Source: Mobula hypostoma
Lineage: Eukaryota
NCBI RefSeq assembly: GCF_963921235.1
Contig: NC_086098.1
Span: forward strand, 4,650,001 to 4,714,000
Direction of reading: 5' to 3'
Length of the DNA: 64,000 nucleotides
The position numbers were made by a program, and so were the translations under genes. Each line of letters begins with the position of its first letter. Within the stretch, counting starts at the first letter, position 1. This document shows positions 11,896 through 25,494 of the stretch, in pieces. The notes under the pieces were generated by a model. That model had not been told where the DNA came from, did not search any database, and saw nothing but the letters and a program-made list of their open reading frames with translations.

Positions 11896-14800
11896 ATGGT
11901 TAACATGGCAGAGGATTAACTTTGTTTCTTGGAATACAAATAGACTAAACCATCCGATTAAAAGGAAAAAAGATTTTTAAAGTATTCCATAGAATGAATG
12001 CCCATATTATTTTTGCCTAAGAAACTCATGTAAGGAAGGAGGATAATCAGCGTTTTTTTAAGTTTTGGAAGAACTAACAGTATCACTCAAACTCCAAAGC
12101 TAAAGTGAGAAGAGTCCCAATTTTCATAGATTCTTCAATTGCATTTATTCATCACAACATCTTTTCTGACCTGAATGGTAGATTCTTGTTAATTACTGGT
12201 CTACTTTTTAATAAGAAAGTTGTTATGGTTAATGTTTATGCCCCGAATGTGGAATACTCTGAATTTTTTAAACAATTTTTTACCTCTTTTCCTAATTTAA
12301 GTGATAATATGTTGATAATAGGGGGTGACTTTAATTGTTGCTTAAATCCTTCGATGGATAAATCTATACCAACTCAGGCACTACCGAATAAGTTGGCCTC
12401 TCTTATCAATTCGTTTTTGATCGATTCTAGAATCTCCGAGATTTGGAGATTTCTACATCCCAAGGATAAAGAATTTTCTTTCTTTTCACACATACATCAT
12501 ACTTATTCTAGGATTGACTATTTTTTTATAGAGTCTCGTTTAATTCCATCTGTAATTGAGTGTAACTATGATATCATTGCCATTTCTGATCATGCAACAT
12601 TGAATCTCTCTATTAAGTTATGGGATATACCTTCTAATACTAGACAATGGCGTTTTAATTCCAACTTACTTCAAGATTCAGATTTTGTAAAATTTATCAA
12701 GGATCAGATTGACTTTTTTTTTTTAGCCAATGCTATGGATGAAATTTCCAGCGGGGTTATATGGGATACTTTCAAAGCTTATATCTGCGGTCAGATTATT
12801 TCTTCTCGGCTGGATTGAAAAAATGCACTAAGAATGAAATATTGGTGTTGATTGACAAGATTAAAGACATCAATAAACAATATGCTATTGCTCCTAATGA
12901 GGAGCTTTACAAACAGAGAGTTGAACTTCAAATGGAACATAGTTTACTTTTAACATCGTCAATAGAAAATTAATTAATGAAAACAAGAAGTGAGTTTTAT
13001 ATACACAGCGATAAATCTGGTAAATTATTAGCCAATCAATTAAAAACAGCCTCGGTTAAATGTCAAATTAATAAGATTTGTAAACCTAATGATATTTCAA
13101 CAGTTGATCATGATGAGATTAATAAATCTTTTCAAGAATTCTATACACCTTTATATCAGTCAGAATTTCCTCACGATCCCAGGGAGATGCAAGATATTTT
13201 AGGAACTTGAACTTTCCAAAATTAACACCCGACGAATGTTTAAATTTAGAAACACCTTTTATAGATGAAGAAATAATGGGTGCTATTTCTTCAATGAATT
13301 CTGGTAAATCACCTGGCCCAGATGGTTATACAGCAGAATTTTTAAAGTTTTTCTCTTCTATTCTTTCTCCCCAGTTGTGTAAAGTCTTTAGGGATGCAAT
13401 TATTATAGGTAAACTGCCACAATCATTTTATGGAGCTTCCATTTCCTTAATTTAAAAAATAAGGATCCTACTGAATGTGCATCATATAGACCGATATCTT
13501 TATTGAATCTTGATTCCAAAATTTTTTCTAAAATACTAGCATCTTGGTTAGAAAAGGTATTACCTCAAATTATTTCCGTGGATCAAACTGGATTTATTAA
13601 AAATCGCTACTCATCTTTTAATATTAGGAGTTTAATAAATATTATTTATACTCCTTCACTGAGAACTCCAGAATGTGTTATCTCATTAGCTGCCGAGAAA
13701 GCTTTTGACAGAGTTGAATGGCCATATTTATTTACTACGCTTGAGAAGTTTAATTTTAGCCCAATATTTATATCCTGGATGAAACTGATATATCATACTC
13801 CCTTATCTTCGGTTTTGACTAATAATCAAAGATCTCCCTTTTTTCGACTATTTCGTGGCACTAGGCAGGGTTGTCCTTTAAGTCCTTTATTATTTGATGT
13901 TGCTTTAGAATCTTTAGCAATTGCAATTTGAGATTCACCAAACATTTTTGGTATTACTCGTGGGAAGGAGATACATAAGTTATCATTATATGCAGATGAT
14001 TTACTATTATATTTGTCTGATCCAGAGTAATCTATTTCTGCAACTTTATCCTTGTTGGATAAGTTCAGTAAATTTTCTGGTTACAAACTGAATCTTAATA
14101 AGAGTGAACTTTTTCCGTTTAATATGATGGTTCCAATTTATAAAAATTTACCATTTAGATTAGTTACTGATCAATTTACTTATTTAGAAGTTAAAATTAC
14201 TAAGAAGCACAAGGATTTATTTAAGGTTAAATTTTTACCCTTACTTGATCAGATTAAAGGTTTGATAACTAAATGGTCAGCAATGTTTTTGTCATTAATT
14301 GGTCAGATTAACGCTGTTGAGATGATTATTTTACCTAAGTTTCTATATTTATTTCAAGCATTTCCGATTATTATTCCAAAATCCTTTTTTGACAGTGTTG
14401 ATTCAAAAATTTCCTCATGCATATGGCAGAATAAAAATCCTCGATTTGGTAAAAGACACTTACAGAAGCCCAAAAAGGAGGGTGGCTTAGCATTGCCAAA
14501 CTTTAGATTATACGATTGGGCGATTAATATTCGTTATTTAAAATTTTGGACATGAAATTGGGATACAGTTCCTAGTCCACAATGGGTTAATCTTGAATGT
14601 AATTCAGTTTCAGGATTTTCATTGGGTTCTATTTTAGGGACCCCACTTCCTTTTGACTTTTCTAAATTGGACAAACAAATGGATAACCCAATAGTTAAAT
14701 ATACTCTTCGAATATGTTTCAGTTTCGAAAATTTTTTGGACTGAATCAATTCATTTTAACTAGCCCTATTATATATAACTTTCCTTTTTAACCTTTTTTG

Positions 14801-15675
14801 GATCAAGCATATCTGGTTTGGAAAACAAAGGGTATAATACGTTTTTCTGATTTATTTTCAGATAATTGTTTTATGTCTTTTGAACAATTATCTAATAAAT
14901 ATAATTTACCAAGATCACATTTTTTTAGATATTTACAGATTAGAAACTTTTTAAATACTATTCTTACTACTTTCTGATTTCATATTCCGCTGATATATTG
15001 GAAAAAATTTTGGATCTAAACCTTTTTCAGAAAGGTTCAAGAGCAATTATTCATAATATGATAAGGAAAATAAATCCAGATGTTTCCAATACAATTAAGA
15101 ATGACTGGGAAAGGGAACTTAAGCTTACCTTACCTATCGAGAAATGGCAAAAAAATTCCCATTAGTTAATTCTTCCTGTATTTGTGCTAAACATGCCTTG
15201 ATACAGTTTAAAGTTGTACATTTGGCTCATATGTCTAAGGATAAATTAGCGCGTTATTACTCTCACATAAACCCTGTATGTGATAGATGTCATTCTGAGA
15301 TAGCCTCATTAACTCATATGTTTTGGTCTTGCCTTTCATTGAAGAAATATTGGGACGATATTTTTGATATTATTTTCACTGTCTTGAACATTGATTTACA
15401 ACCTCATCCTATTACTGCCATTTTTGGTTTACCAATGATTGAAAAACATCATTTGACCCCTTCAGTTTGTCGGATGATTGCTTTTGTTACTTTAATGGCT
15501 AGAAGATATATACTATTGAATTGGAAAGAGATTAATCCTCCTACAACATTTCATTGGTTTTCTCAAACTATATCTTGTTTAAATCTAGAAAAGATTAGAA
15601 GTGTTATTTTTGACCCATCTATTAAATTTGCTGAGACTTGGAGACCATTTATTCAATACTCCACATGGTGTAATT
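11896..15675 (+). pseudogene. L1 ORF2 (APE endonuclease-RT), multiple stops and frameshifts
   Basis: NVYAPN, GGDFN, YSRIDYF, ISDH, KSPGPDG, AEKAFDRVEW, GTRQGCPLSPLLF, YADD, CDRC..HMFWSC. Confidence 0.9.
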
Positions 15676-16329
15676 TGACCCTTGCCAATCTATCTTGTGA
15701 TTTCAATATTCGGGGGGAGGAGCGGAAGTCGCGACACTATTGGTTCTATCTGAGATATCAGAATAGCTCTTTCTTTTTTTTCCATAGTTTTCTTTAGTTT
15801 GGGTAGTTTAGTTTTTTTCAGGGGATTTTTTTTTCTTTTTCTTCTTTTTATGATATTTTATATTTTATGTATACTCCTTATATATTTTGTTGCTAATCTG
15901 TGTGATTTTGGTATGTTTTTAATTATGTGTTATCTGACTGTAAACTTTAATAATTACTATCAATTAACATAATCCCAATTATTATGTACTTACTTTTTGT
16001 AATGTGTTTGTTGTTGAAACTAATAAAAAGATTGAAAAAGAAAAGAAAGGCAGAGGTTGATAGATTCTTGATTGGTCAGGGCATGAGGGGATACAGAGAG
16101 AAGGGAGGAGACTGGGGCTGAGAGGAAAATTGGATCAGCCATGATGTAATGGCGGTGCAGACTCGATGGGCCAAATGGCTTAATTCTACTCCTAAATCTT
16201 ACAGTCTTATGGTCTTATTTCGTCTGTCAAAAATTATGTCCTTAACGACAAATACAATCACTTGCTATGACAATCATATCTCTGAAATAATAAGGAAGAC
16301 AAAATTGGTTCCTTAGTTGACTCCATCAC

Positions 16330-16556
16330 AGAACACTAATGCACAGCATTAGGCCCTTCATTGATCTCGTCTGTGCTGAACAAATTAAACTGCTCACTCT
16401 CATTAACCTATACCAGGACCATAACCCTCCACACCCCTGCCATCCATGTACCTATCCAAATTCTCTTAAACATTCAAATGAAAATTGTAGGCACCACTTT
16501 CACTGGCAGCTTGTTCCATACTCTCATCACCCTTTGAGTGAAGAAGTTCTCCTCAG
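16330..16556 (-). mobile_element. Old CR1 3' end, split by the CR1 at 16557; continues 23221-24075
   Basis: gagtgaagaagttctcctcag at the left joins caccctaaatattt at 23221; LVRPNLEYCVKFW on minus at 23722-24000. Confidence 0.7.
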
Positions 16557-18995
16557 CTTCGCTGGCCAGTGAAGGAGTGGAGCTTTGAGGCTTTGACTCG
16601 AGAGGCTTCGAAGAGAAGAGGCGGAGGACAAGCTTGCTCGCAGTTAGTTTTTACAATGTCTCCTGAGACGGTGATGTGCCTCTCATGTTAGATGTGGCAG
16701 TCTTGGCGGAACTCCCCTCTCCCGCAGAGTCACATCTGCCAGAAGTGCATACGGCTGGGCGATCTGGAAAACCGTGTAAGGAATCTGGAGCAGCAGCTGG
16801 GTGACCTTCGACTCATAAGGGAGAATGAGGCAGTCATAGGAGAGCTACAGGGAGGTAGTCACACCTGGGCTGTCGGAAGCAGGTCGTTGGGTGACAGTCA
16901 GAGGGGGGAAAGCGAAGGTGAGCAGACAGGTAGTGCAGAGCACCCCTGTAGCCATTCCCCTGAATAATAAGTTTACCGTCCTGGATACTGTTGGCGGGGA
17001 TGACCGACCAGGTGTGAGCCATGGTGGCAAGGTCTCCGGAACTGAGTCTGACCCTGCGGTGCAGAAGGGTGGGACGGAGAAGAGGAGAGCTGTCGTCATT
17101 GGAGACTCTATAGTCAGGGGAGCAGACAGGAGATTTTGTGGACGTGAGAAGGACACCCACATGGTTTGTTGCCTCCTGGGTGCCAGGGTCCGGGATGTCT
17201 CTGACCGGGTGCACGACATCCTGGTACGAGAGGGAAAGCAACCAGTAGTCGTGATACATGTTGGGACCAACGACATAGGCAGGAAGAGGGATGAGGTCCT
17301 GAAGTGTGAGTTTCGGGAACTAGGCAGAAGGCTGAAGAACGGGACCTCAAGGGTGGCGTTCTCAGGATTGCTGCCAGTGCTATGTGACAGTGATAGTAAG
17401 AATTGGAGGAGATGGCAGTTGAATGCATGGCTGAGGAGTTGATGCAGGGAGGCAGGGTTTTAGATTTTTAGATCATTGGGATCTCTTCTGGGGAAGGTGG
17501 GACCTGTACAGATTGGATGGGTTGCACTTGAACTCGAGGGGAGCAATATCCTTGCAGGTAGGTTTGCTAGCATGGTTCGGGAGGGTTTAAACTAATTTGC
17601 AAGGGGGATGGGACCCAGAGCGATAGAGCAGTGAAAGAAGTGCATGGAGTAAAGCCAGATCTAACATACAGAGAGGCTTTGAGGAAAGAGAAGCAGAATA
17701 AACGGTGTAAAGACAGTAAGGTAGAAGGGCTGAAATGTGTGTACCTCAATGCAAGAAACATCAGGAACAAAGGTGATGAACTGAGAGCTTGGATACATAC
17801 ATGGAATTATGATGTAGTGGCCATTACAGAGACTTGGCTGGCACCAGGGCAGGAATGGATTCTCAATATTCCTGGATTTCAGTGCTTTAAAAGGGATAGA
17901 GAGGGCGGAAAAAGGGGAGGAGGGGTGGCATTACTGGTCAGGGATACTATTACAGCTACAGAAAGGGTGGGAAATGTAGCAGGATCCTCATTTGAGTCAA
18001 TATGGGTGGAAGTCAGGAACAAGAAGGGAGCAGTTACTCTACTGGGGGTATTCTGTAGGCCCCCTGCTAGCAGCAGAGATACGGAGGAGCAGATTGGGAG
18101 GCAGATTTTGGAAAGGTGCAAAAATAACAGGGTTGTTATCATGGGTGACTTTAACTTCGCTAATATTGATTGGCACCTGATTAGTTCCAAGGGTTTAGAT
18201 GGGGCAAGTGTTTGTTAAGTGTGTCCAGGATGGATTCCTGTCACAGTATGTGGACAGGCCGACCAGGGGGAATGCCATACTAGATCTACTACTAGGTAAT
18301 GAACCAGGTCAGGTCACAGATCTCTCAGTGGGTGAGCATCTGGGGGACAGTGACCACCACTCCCTGACCTTTAGCATTATCATGGAAAAGGATAGAATCA
18401 GAGAGGACAGGAAAATTTTTAATTGGGGAAGGGTAAATTATGAGGCTATAAGGCTAGAACTTGCGGGTGTGAATTGGGATGATGTTTTTGCAGGGAAATG
18501 TACTATGGACATCTGGTCGATGTTTAGGGATCTCTTGCAGAATGTTAGGGCTAAACTTGTCCCGGTGAAGAAGATAAAGAATGGTAGGGTGAAGGAACCA
18601 TGGGCGACAAGTGAGGTGGAAAATCTAGTCAGGAGGAAGAAGGCAGCATACATGAGGTTTAGGAAGCAAGGATCAGATGGGTCTATTGAGGAATATAGGG
18701 AAGCAAGAAAGGAGCTTAAGAAGGGGCTGAGAAGAGCAAGAAGGGGGCATGAGAAGGCCTTGGTGAGTAGGGTAGAGGAAAACCCCAAGGCATTCTTCAA
18801 TTATGTGAAGAAAAAAAGGATGACAGAAGTGAAGGTAGGACCGATTAGAGATAAAGGTGGGAAGATGTGCCTGGAGGCTGTGGAAGTGAGCGAGGTCCTC
18901 AATGAATACTTCTCTTCGGTATTCACCAATGAGAGGGAACTTGATGATGGTGAGGACAATATGAGTGAGGTTGATGTTCTGGAGCGTGTTGATAT

Positions 18996-19859
18996 TGTTA
19001 CGTACCCCGTAACTGGGTTGCCAAACCAGTAGAAATGGATCACTCAGTTGGAGTCCGGATTACTAGAACTAAGAAAGTTTTATTAAAGAAACAAGCAACA
19101 CAGTAATCGAAAGGATAATAAATGCAACAGTTCAGCAATGATAAACCCACATGTGCACAGAATTAAGATAACAGCATCAATCAAGCTCTATCGTTGTCTA
19201 GGGATAAATGACCAATTTCAAAGTGACACAAAGTTCAGTCCAATTTAGTAGTTCAGTTCGCAGTAATCGTTGCCATGGCGATGGACAACGTGGGGGGAGA
19301 GAGAGAGAGAACGGGAATGACTGATCATTCAGAAACGGCTTCCACTCACAGACCGGCGATAATTGCTCACAAGCAGCTTTCGGGCAGGTCCTTGGTGATG
19401 TCACCTGAGGTCACCGACTGTGACCCCTCCTCCAGATGCGGTCGATCCTCTGCAGTGAACCCGGCACCCAAGCAAGGGTGGACACACACCGGGTTCCCGC
19501 TGATCGTACCTTTCCACCCTCTGCGTTGTCCGGTACTTCCCACCGACTCGTGAGAGGCGCACCGCTTCCAGGGTCTCGTTACCTCGGGTGTCGTGTGTGT
19601 CCTGCCTTAGCGAACCTGTCCCTTTTTATCCCCCTGCTGGGGTATCGCCTGTCCATCACTTCAAACAGTTCAGGGTTCAAAGGGGGAGCCGATCTTGGCA
19701 ATACCCAGGCTGATGGCTCCTTCATTAACATCTCCACATGCTGCTTCATTGTTCCTTATCTCTCCTTCCCCCTGAGGACAGGTGGCAGACCAACTGCTGA
19801 TGCCACTGATGCTAACCCAGGCCAGCAAACATCTTAATTTTATGTGTATTCTCGTCACA
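18996..19859 (-). mobile_element. Solo LTR (Gypsy-like), 864 bp, 4-bp TSD ATAT
   Basis: TGTTACG...CGTCACA termini; ATAT at 18992-18995 and 19860-19863; CR1 reads VDI|KGEEV across it; AATAAA on minus near 19080. Confidence 0.88.
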
Positions 19860-20816
19860 ATATTAAGGGAGAGGAGGTGTTGGAGTTGTTAAAATACATT
19901 AGAACAGATAAGTCCCTGGGGCCTGATGGAATATTCCCCAGGCTGCTCCATGAGGCAAGAGAAGAGATTGCTGAGCCTCTGGCTAGGATCTTTATGTCCT
20001 CGTTGTCCACGGGAATGGTACCAGAGGATTGGAGGGAGGCGAATTACAGACCAGTGAGCCTTATGTCTGTGGTGGGAAAGCTGTTGGAAAAGATTCTTAG
20101 AGATAGGATCTATAGGCATTTAGAGAATCATGGTCTGATCAGGGACAGTCAGCATGGCTTTGTGAAGGGCAGATCATGTCTAACAAGCCTGATAGGTTTC
20201 TTTGAGGAGGTGACCAGGCATATAGATGAGGGTAGTGCAGTGGATGTGATCTATATGGATTTTAGGAAGGAATTTGACAAGGTTCCACATGGTAGGCTTA
20301 TTCAGAAAGTTAGAAGGCATGGGATCCAGGGAAGTTTGGCCAGGTGGATTCAGAATTGGCTTGCCTGCAGAAGGCAGAGGGTGGTGGTGGAGGGAGTACA
20401 TTCAGATTGGAGGATTGTGACTAGTGGTGTCCCACAAGGAACTGTTCTGGGACCTCTACTTTTCGTGATTTTTATTAACGACCTGGATGTTGGGGTAGAA
20501 GGGTGGGTTGGCAAGTTTGCAGACGACACAAAGGTTGGTGGTGTTGTAGATAGTGTAGAGGATTGTCAAAGATTGCAGAGAGATATTGATAGAATGCAGA
20601 AGTGGGCTGAGAAGTGGCAGATGGAGTTCAACCCGGAGAAGTGTGAGGTGGTACACTTTGGAAGGACAAACTCCAAGGCAGAGTACAAAGTAAATGGCGG
20701 GATACTTGGTAGTGTGGAGGAGCAGAGGGATCTGGGGGTACATGTCCACAGATCCCTGAAAGTTGCCTCACAGGTGGTTGGGGTAGTTAAGAAAGCTTAT
20801 GGGGTGTTAGCTTTCA

Positions 20817-22625
20817 AGACAAATGTAGGTCCCCTACAGACAGAAACAGGTGAATTGATTATGGGGAGCAAGGACATGGCAGACCAACTGAATAATTACT
20901 TTAGTTCTGTCTTCACTAAGGAGGACATAAATAATCTTCCAGAAATAGTAGGGAACAGAGGGTCCAGTGAGATGGAGGAACTGAGCGAAATACATGTTAG
21001 TAGGGAAGTGGTGTTAGGTAAATTGAAGGGATTAAAGACAGATAAATCCCCAGGGCCAGATGGTCTGCATCCTAGAGTGCTTAAGGAAGTAGCCCAAGAA
21101 ATAGTGGATGCATTAGTGATAATTTTTCAAAACTCGTTAGATTCTGGACTAGTTCCTGAAGATTGGAGGGTGGCTAATGTAACCCCACTTTTTAAAAAAG
21201 GAGGGAGAGAGAAACCAGGGAATTATAGACTGGTTAGCCTAACATCAGTGGTGGGGAAACTGCTGGAGTCAGTTATCAAAGATGTGATAACAGCTCATTT
21301 GGAAAGCGGTGAAATCATCGGACAAAGTCAGCATGGATTTGTGAAAGGAAAATCATGTCTGACAAATCTCATAGAATTTTTTGAGGATGTAACTAGTAGA
21401 GTGGATGGGGAGAACCAGTGGATGTGGTATATTTGGATTTTCAAAAGGCTTTTGACAAGGTCCCACACAGGAGATTAGTGTGCAAACTTAAAGCACACGG
21501 TATTGGGGGTAAGGTATTGATGTGGATAGAGAATTGGTTAGCAGACAGGAAGCAAAGAGTGGGAATAAATGGGACCTTTTCAGAATGGCAGGCAGTGACT
21601 AGTGGGGTACCGTAAGGCTCAGTGCTGGGACCTCAGTTGTTTACAATATATATTAATGACTTAGATGAGGGAATTAAATGCAGCATCTCCAAGTTTGCGG
21701 ATGACACGAAGCTGGGCGGCAGTGTTAGCTGTGAGGAGGATGCTAAGAGGATGCAGGGTGACTTGGATAGGTTGGGTGAGTGGGCAAATTCATGGCAGAT
21801 GCAATTTAATGTGGATAAATGTGAAGTTATCCACTTTGGTGGCAAAAATAGGAAAACAGATTATTATCTGAATGGTGGCCGATTAGGAAAAGGGGAGGTG
21901 TAACGAGACCTGGGTGTCATTATACACCAGTCATTGAAAGTGGGCATGCAGGTACAGCAGGCGGTGAAAAAGGCGAATGGTATGCTGGCATTTATAGCAA
22001 GAGGATTCGAGTACAGGAGCAGGGAGGTACTACTGCAGTTGTACAAGGCCTTGGTGAGACCACACCTGGAGTATTGTGTGCAGTTTTGGTCCCCTAATCT
22101 GAGGAAAGACATCCTTGCCATAGAGGGAGTACAAAGAAGGTTCACCAGATTGATTCCTGGGATGGCAGGACTTTCATATGAAGAAAGACTGGATGAACTG
22201 GGCTTGTACTCGTTGGAATTTAGAAGATTGAGGGGGGATCTGATTGAAACGTATAAAATCCTAAAGGGATTGGACAGGCTAGATGCAGGAACCCGATGTT
22301 GGGGAAGTCCAGAACGAGGGGTCACGGTTTGAGGATAAAGGCGAAGCCTTTTAGGACTGAGTTTAGGAAAAACTTCTTCACACAGAGAGTGGTGAATCTG
22401 TGGAATTCTCTGCCACAGGAAACAGTTGAGGCCAGTTCATTGGCTATATTTAAGAGGGAGTTAGGTATGGCCCTTGTGGCTACGGGGATCAGGGGGTATG
22501 GAGGGAAGGCTGGGGCGGGGTTCTGAGTTGGATGTTCAGCCATGATCATAAGAAATGGCGGTGCAGGCTCGAAGGGCCGAATGGCCTACTCCTGCACCTA
22601 TTTTCTATGTTTTCTATGTTTTTCT
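20817..22625 (+). mobile_element. 5'-truncated CR1 of a second subfamily nested in the CR1 RT
   Basis: Host reads gttagctttc|ataagtcgaggg across it; has its own RT (KSPGPDGLHP..KFADDTK..LVRPHLEYC) and own tail (ttttctatg)n. Confidence 0.9.
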
Positions 22626-23324
22626 ATAAGTCGAGGGATAGAGTTTAAGAGTCGCGATGTAATGATGCAGCTCTCTAAAACTCTGGTTAGGCCACACTTG
22701 GAGTACTGTCTCCAGTTCTGGTCACCTCACTATAGGAAGGATGTGGAAGCATTGGAAAGGGTACAGAGGAGATTTACCAGGATGCTGCCTGGTTTAGAAA
22801 GTATGTATTATGATCAGAGATTAAGGGAGCTAAGGCTTTAGTCTTTGGAGAGAAGGAGGATGAGAGGAGACATGATAGAGGTGTACAAGATAATAAGAGG
22901 AATAGATAGAGTGGATAGCCAGCGCCTCTTCCCCAGGGCACCACTGCTCAATGTGAGAGGACTTGGCTTTAAGATAAGGGGTGGAAAGTCCGAGAGGGAT
23001 ATTAGAGGAAGGTTTTTTACTCAGAGAGTGGTTGGTGCGTGGAATGCACTGCCTGTGTCAGTGGTGGAGGCAGATACACTAGTGAAGCTTAAGAGACTAC
23101 TGTACAGGTATATGGAGGAATTTAAGGTGGGGGCTTATATGGGAGGCAGGTTTTGAGGGTTAACACAACATTGTTGGCCGAAGGGCCTGTAGTGTGCTGT
23201 ACTAGTCTATGTTCTATGTTCACCCTAAATATTTAATTTTTCACCTTTAACCCTTGATCTCTTGTCTAGTCTGACCCAACCTCAGTGGAAAAAGTCTCCT
23301 TGCATTTAACCTGTCTATATATAG

Positions 23325-23625
23325 GCATTCGTTAGACTCATGAGACCATGGATTTGCGCCTTGGAAAGTTTCCGGGGTGCAGGCCTGAGCAAAGTTGTAT
23401 GGAAGACCAGCAGTTGCCCATGCTGCAAGTCTCCCCTCTCCATGCCACTGATGTTGTCCAAGGGAAGGGCATTAGGACCCCTACAGCTTGGCACTGGTGT
23501 CGTCGCAGAGCAATGTGTGGTTAAGTGCCTTGCTCAAGGACACACACGCTGCCTCAGCCAAGGTTCAAACTAGTGACCTTCAGATCAGTAGATGAACAGC
23601 TTAACCACTTGGCCGTGCACCAACC
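23325..23625 (-). mobile_element. tRNA-derived SINE with RTE-like 3' tail; truncated copy at 33520-33690
   Basis: Minus head tgcacggccaagtggttaag...gtttgaacc, then gtgtccttgagcaaggcacttaac; tail atccatggtctcatgagtctaacg. Confidence 0.7.
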
Positions 23626-24229
23626 CTTTCTATACACCTCATAATTTTGTATCCCTCTATCAAATGTCCCCTCATTCTTCCACTTTACAAGGAATAAAGT
23701 CCTAACCAATTCAATATTTCCTTATAACTTGGGTCCCCCAGTCCTTATTAATTTTCTCTGTATTCTTTCAACATTGTCTGCATCTTTCCTGTAGGTAGGT
23801 AACCAAAACTTTACACAATACTCCAAATTAGGCCTCACCAGTGTCTTGTACAACTTTAACATAACACCACATCTCCTGTACTCAGTACTTTGATTTACGA
23901 AGGCCAATGTGCCAAAAGCTTTCTTTATGACCCTATCAGTCTGTGACACCACTTTCAATAAATTATGGTCCGGTATTCCCAAGTCCCTTTGTTCTAGCAA
24001 CTTCTCAGTGCCCTACCGTTCACTGTATAAGATCTACCTTGGTTGGTCCCATCGAACTGCAACACCTCACATATTCCATTTACCATTTTCAGCTATTAGT
24101 TGCATGATTTGTCTTTTGCGTGTTGGTTGTCTGTCAGTCTTTATTTTTGGATAGATTATCTTAAGTTCTGGTGCATTTCTTTATTTTCATGTGAATGTCT
24201 GCAAGAAAATGAACCTCAAGTTAGTATGG

Positions 24230-24693
24230 TGAGGTTTATGTTTGTGGTCTTCTGCTGCTGTAGCCCATCCACTTCAAGGTCCGACATGAGCATTCAGAGA
24301 TGCTTCTCTGCATACCACTGTTGTAACGCGTGGCTATTTGAGTTTCTGTCACCCTCTTGTCAGCTTGAACCAGTCTGCTCTGACCTTGTTCATTATCAAG
24401 CTGTTTTCTCCCTCAGAACTGCTGCTACAGGATGTTTTTTGTTTCTTGCACTGTTCTCTGTAAACTTTTGTAAATGCAAATCACAGGAGATCAGCAGTTT
24501 CTAAGATACTCAAACCACCCCATCCGGCACCAGTCAAAGTCACTTAGATCTTCCGCATTCTGATGTTTGGTCTGAACAACAACTGAACCTCTTGACCATG
24601 TCTGCGTGCTTTTATGCATTGAGTTACTACCACATGATTGGCTGATTAGATATTTGCATTAATGAGAAGTGCACTGGTGTACCTAATAAAGTG
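24230..24693 (-). mobile_element. Non-autonomous Tc1/mariner-like element
   Basis: Reverse-complement homolog of 54099-54692. Confidence 0.7.
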
Positions 24694-25494
24694 AATATTC
24701 TTTGAAAATGATTGTACTGTGACTTTTGATAGATGTCTATAAAATCCAGGGACTGTCTGTACCAACAAAGATGATCAGGTGAAGTATTTTTACACAAAAT
24801 GTTCTCTTAATCTTCTTTTCGACATAGCTTCACCTCTCTGTCTCTTGGTTTTTATTGGTGCAATTACAGCCGTTCAATATTGTTATGAAGTGCAATTTTG
24901 TCTGAGGAAGCGAATGCTTAAAGCTGATGAAAATGTCAAACATGCTCATTAATGCAATGAAAGTAAAGGGTAACTACAAAGCAATAACATAGGATCTGAT
25001 TTCACATCCGACAGAAAGCAGCTAATTTGATTTAAAACTGGTGCAATGCTTTGGAAATTGGACGGTGAATTTCCCTTGTGCATTTTGATTATTTTTGCCA
25101 GTGGACGAATATCTCTGTTCAGTCAATTATAAGTAATTGATTTATTGTTGTCACGTGTACTGAGACACAGTGAAAACTTGTCTTTTCATGAACACAGAAG
25201 ATCCTGCAGATGCTGGAAATCCAGAGCAAAACACACAAAATGCTGGAGGAACTCAGCAGGTCAGGCAGCATCAACGGAGAGGAATAGTTGACATCTCGGA
25301 CCAAGACCCTGCATCAGGGTTGGAAAGGAAGGGGGAAGATGCCACAATAAGAGGGTGAAGGAGTGGAAGGAGTACAAGGTGAGAAGGTGTCAGGTGAGGG
25401 CCAGGTAGGTAGGTTAGTTTTGTGTTTGTGCCATCCAGACTGATCATCCATACATGAGTACATCCGAATCAGGTTTAATATCACTGACATATTT

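Larger units (their letters stand above)
10179..16046 (+). mobile_element. Full-length L1 LINE (decayed) with 11-bp TSD
   Basis: TSD AAGGCAGAGGT at 10168-10178 and 16047-16057; ORF1 ENRSRRKNL..IGLPEG; ORF2 APE, RT and Cys-rich C-terminus; AATAAA and A-rich tail. Confidence 0.95.
16557..23220 (+). mobile_element. Near full-length CR1 LINE (esterase-type ORF1 + APE-RT ORF2) with two nested insertions
   Basis: ORF1 16656-17594 (C..C, CQKC, GDSIVRG, HVGTND, DGLHLN); ORF2 YLNARN..ITETW, GDFN, SDH, GVPQGTVLGP, KFADDTK; (tatgttc)n tail. Confidence 0.93.

Noticed and set aside
16891..17442. Host SGNH/GDSL esterase gene
   Set aside because: It is the known esterase domain of CR1 ORF1, repeated at about 2250, 5300 and 39900
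23545..23625. tRNA gene
   Set aside because: Degenerate SINE head with no complete cloverleaf
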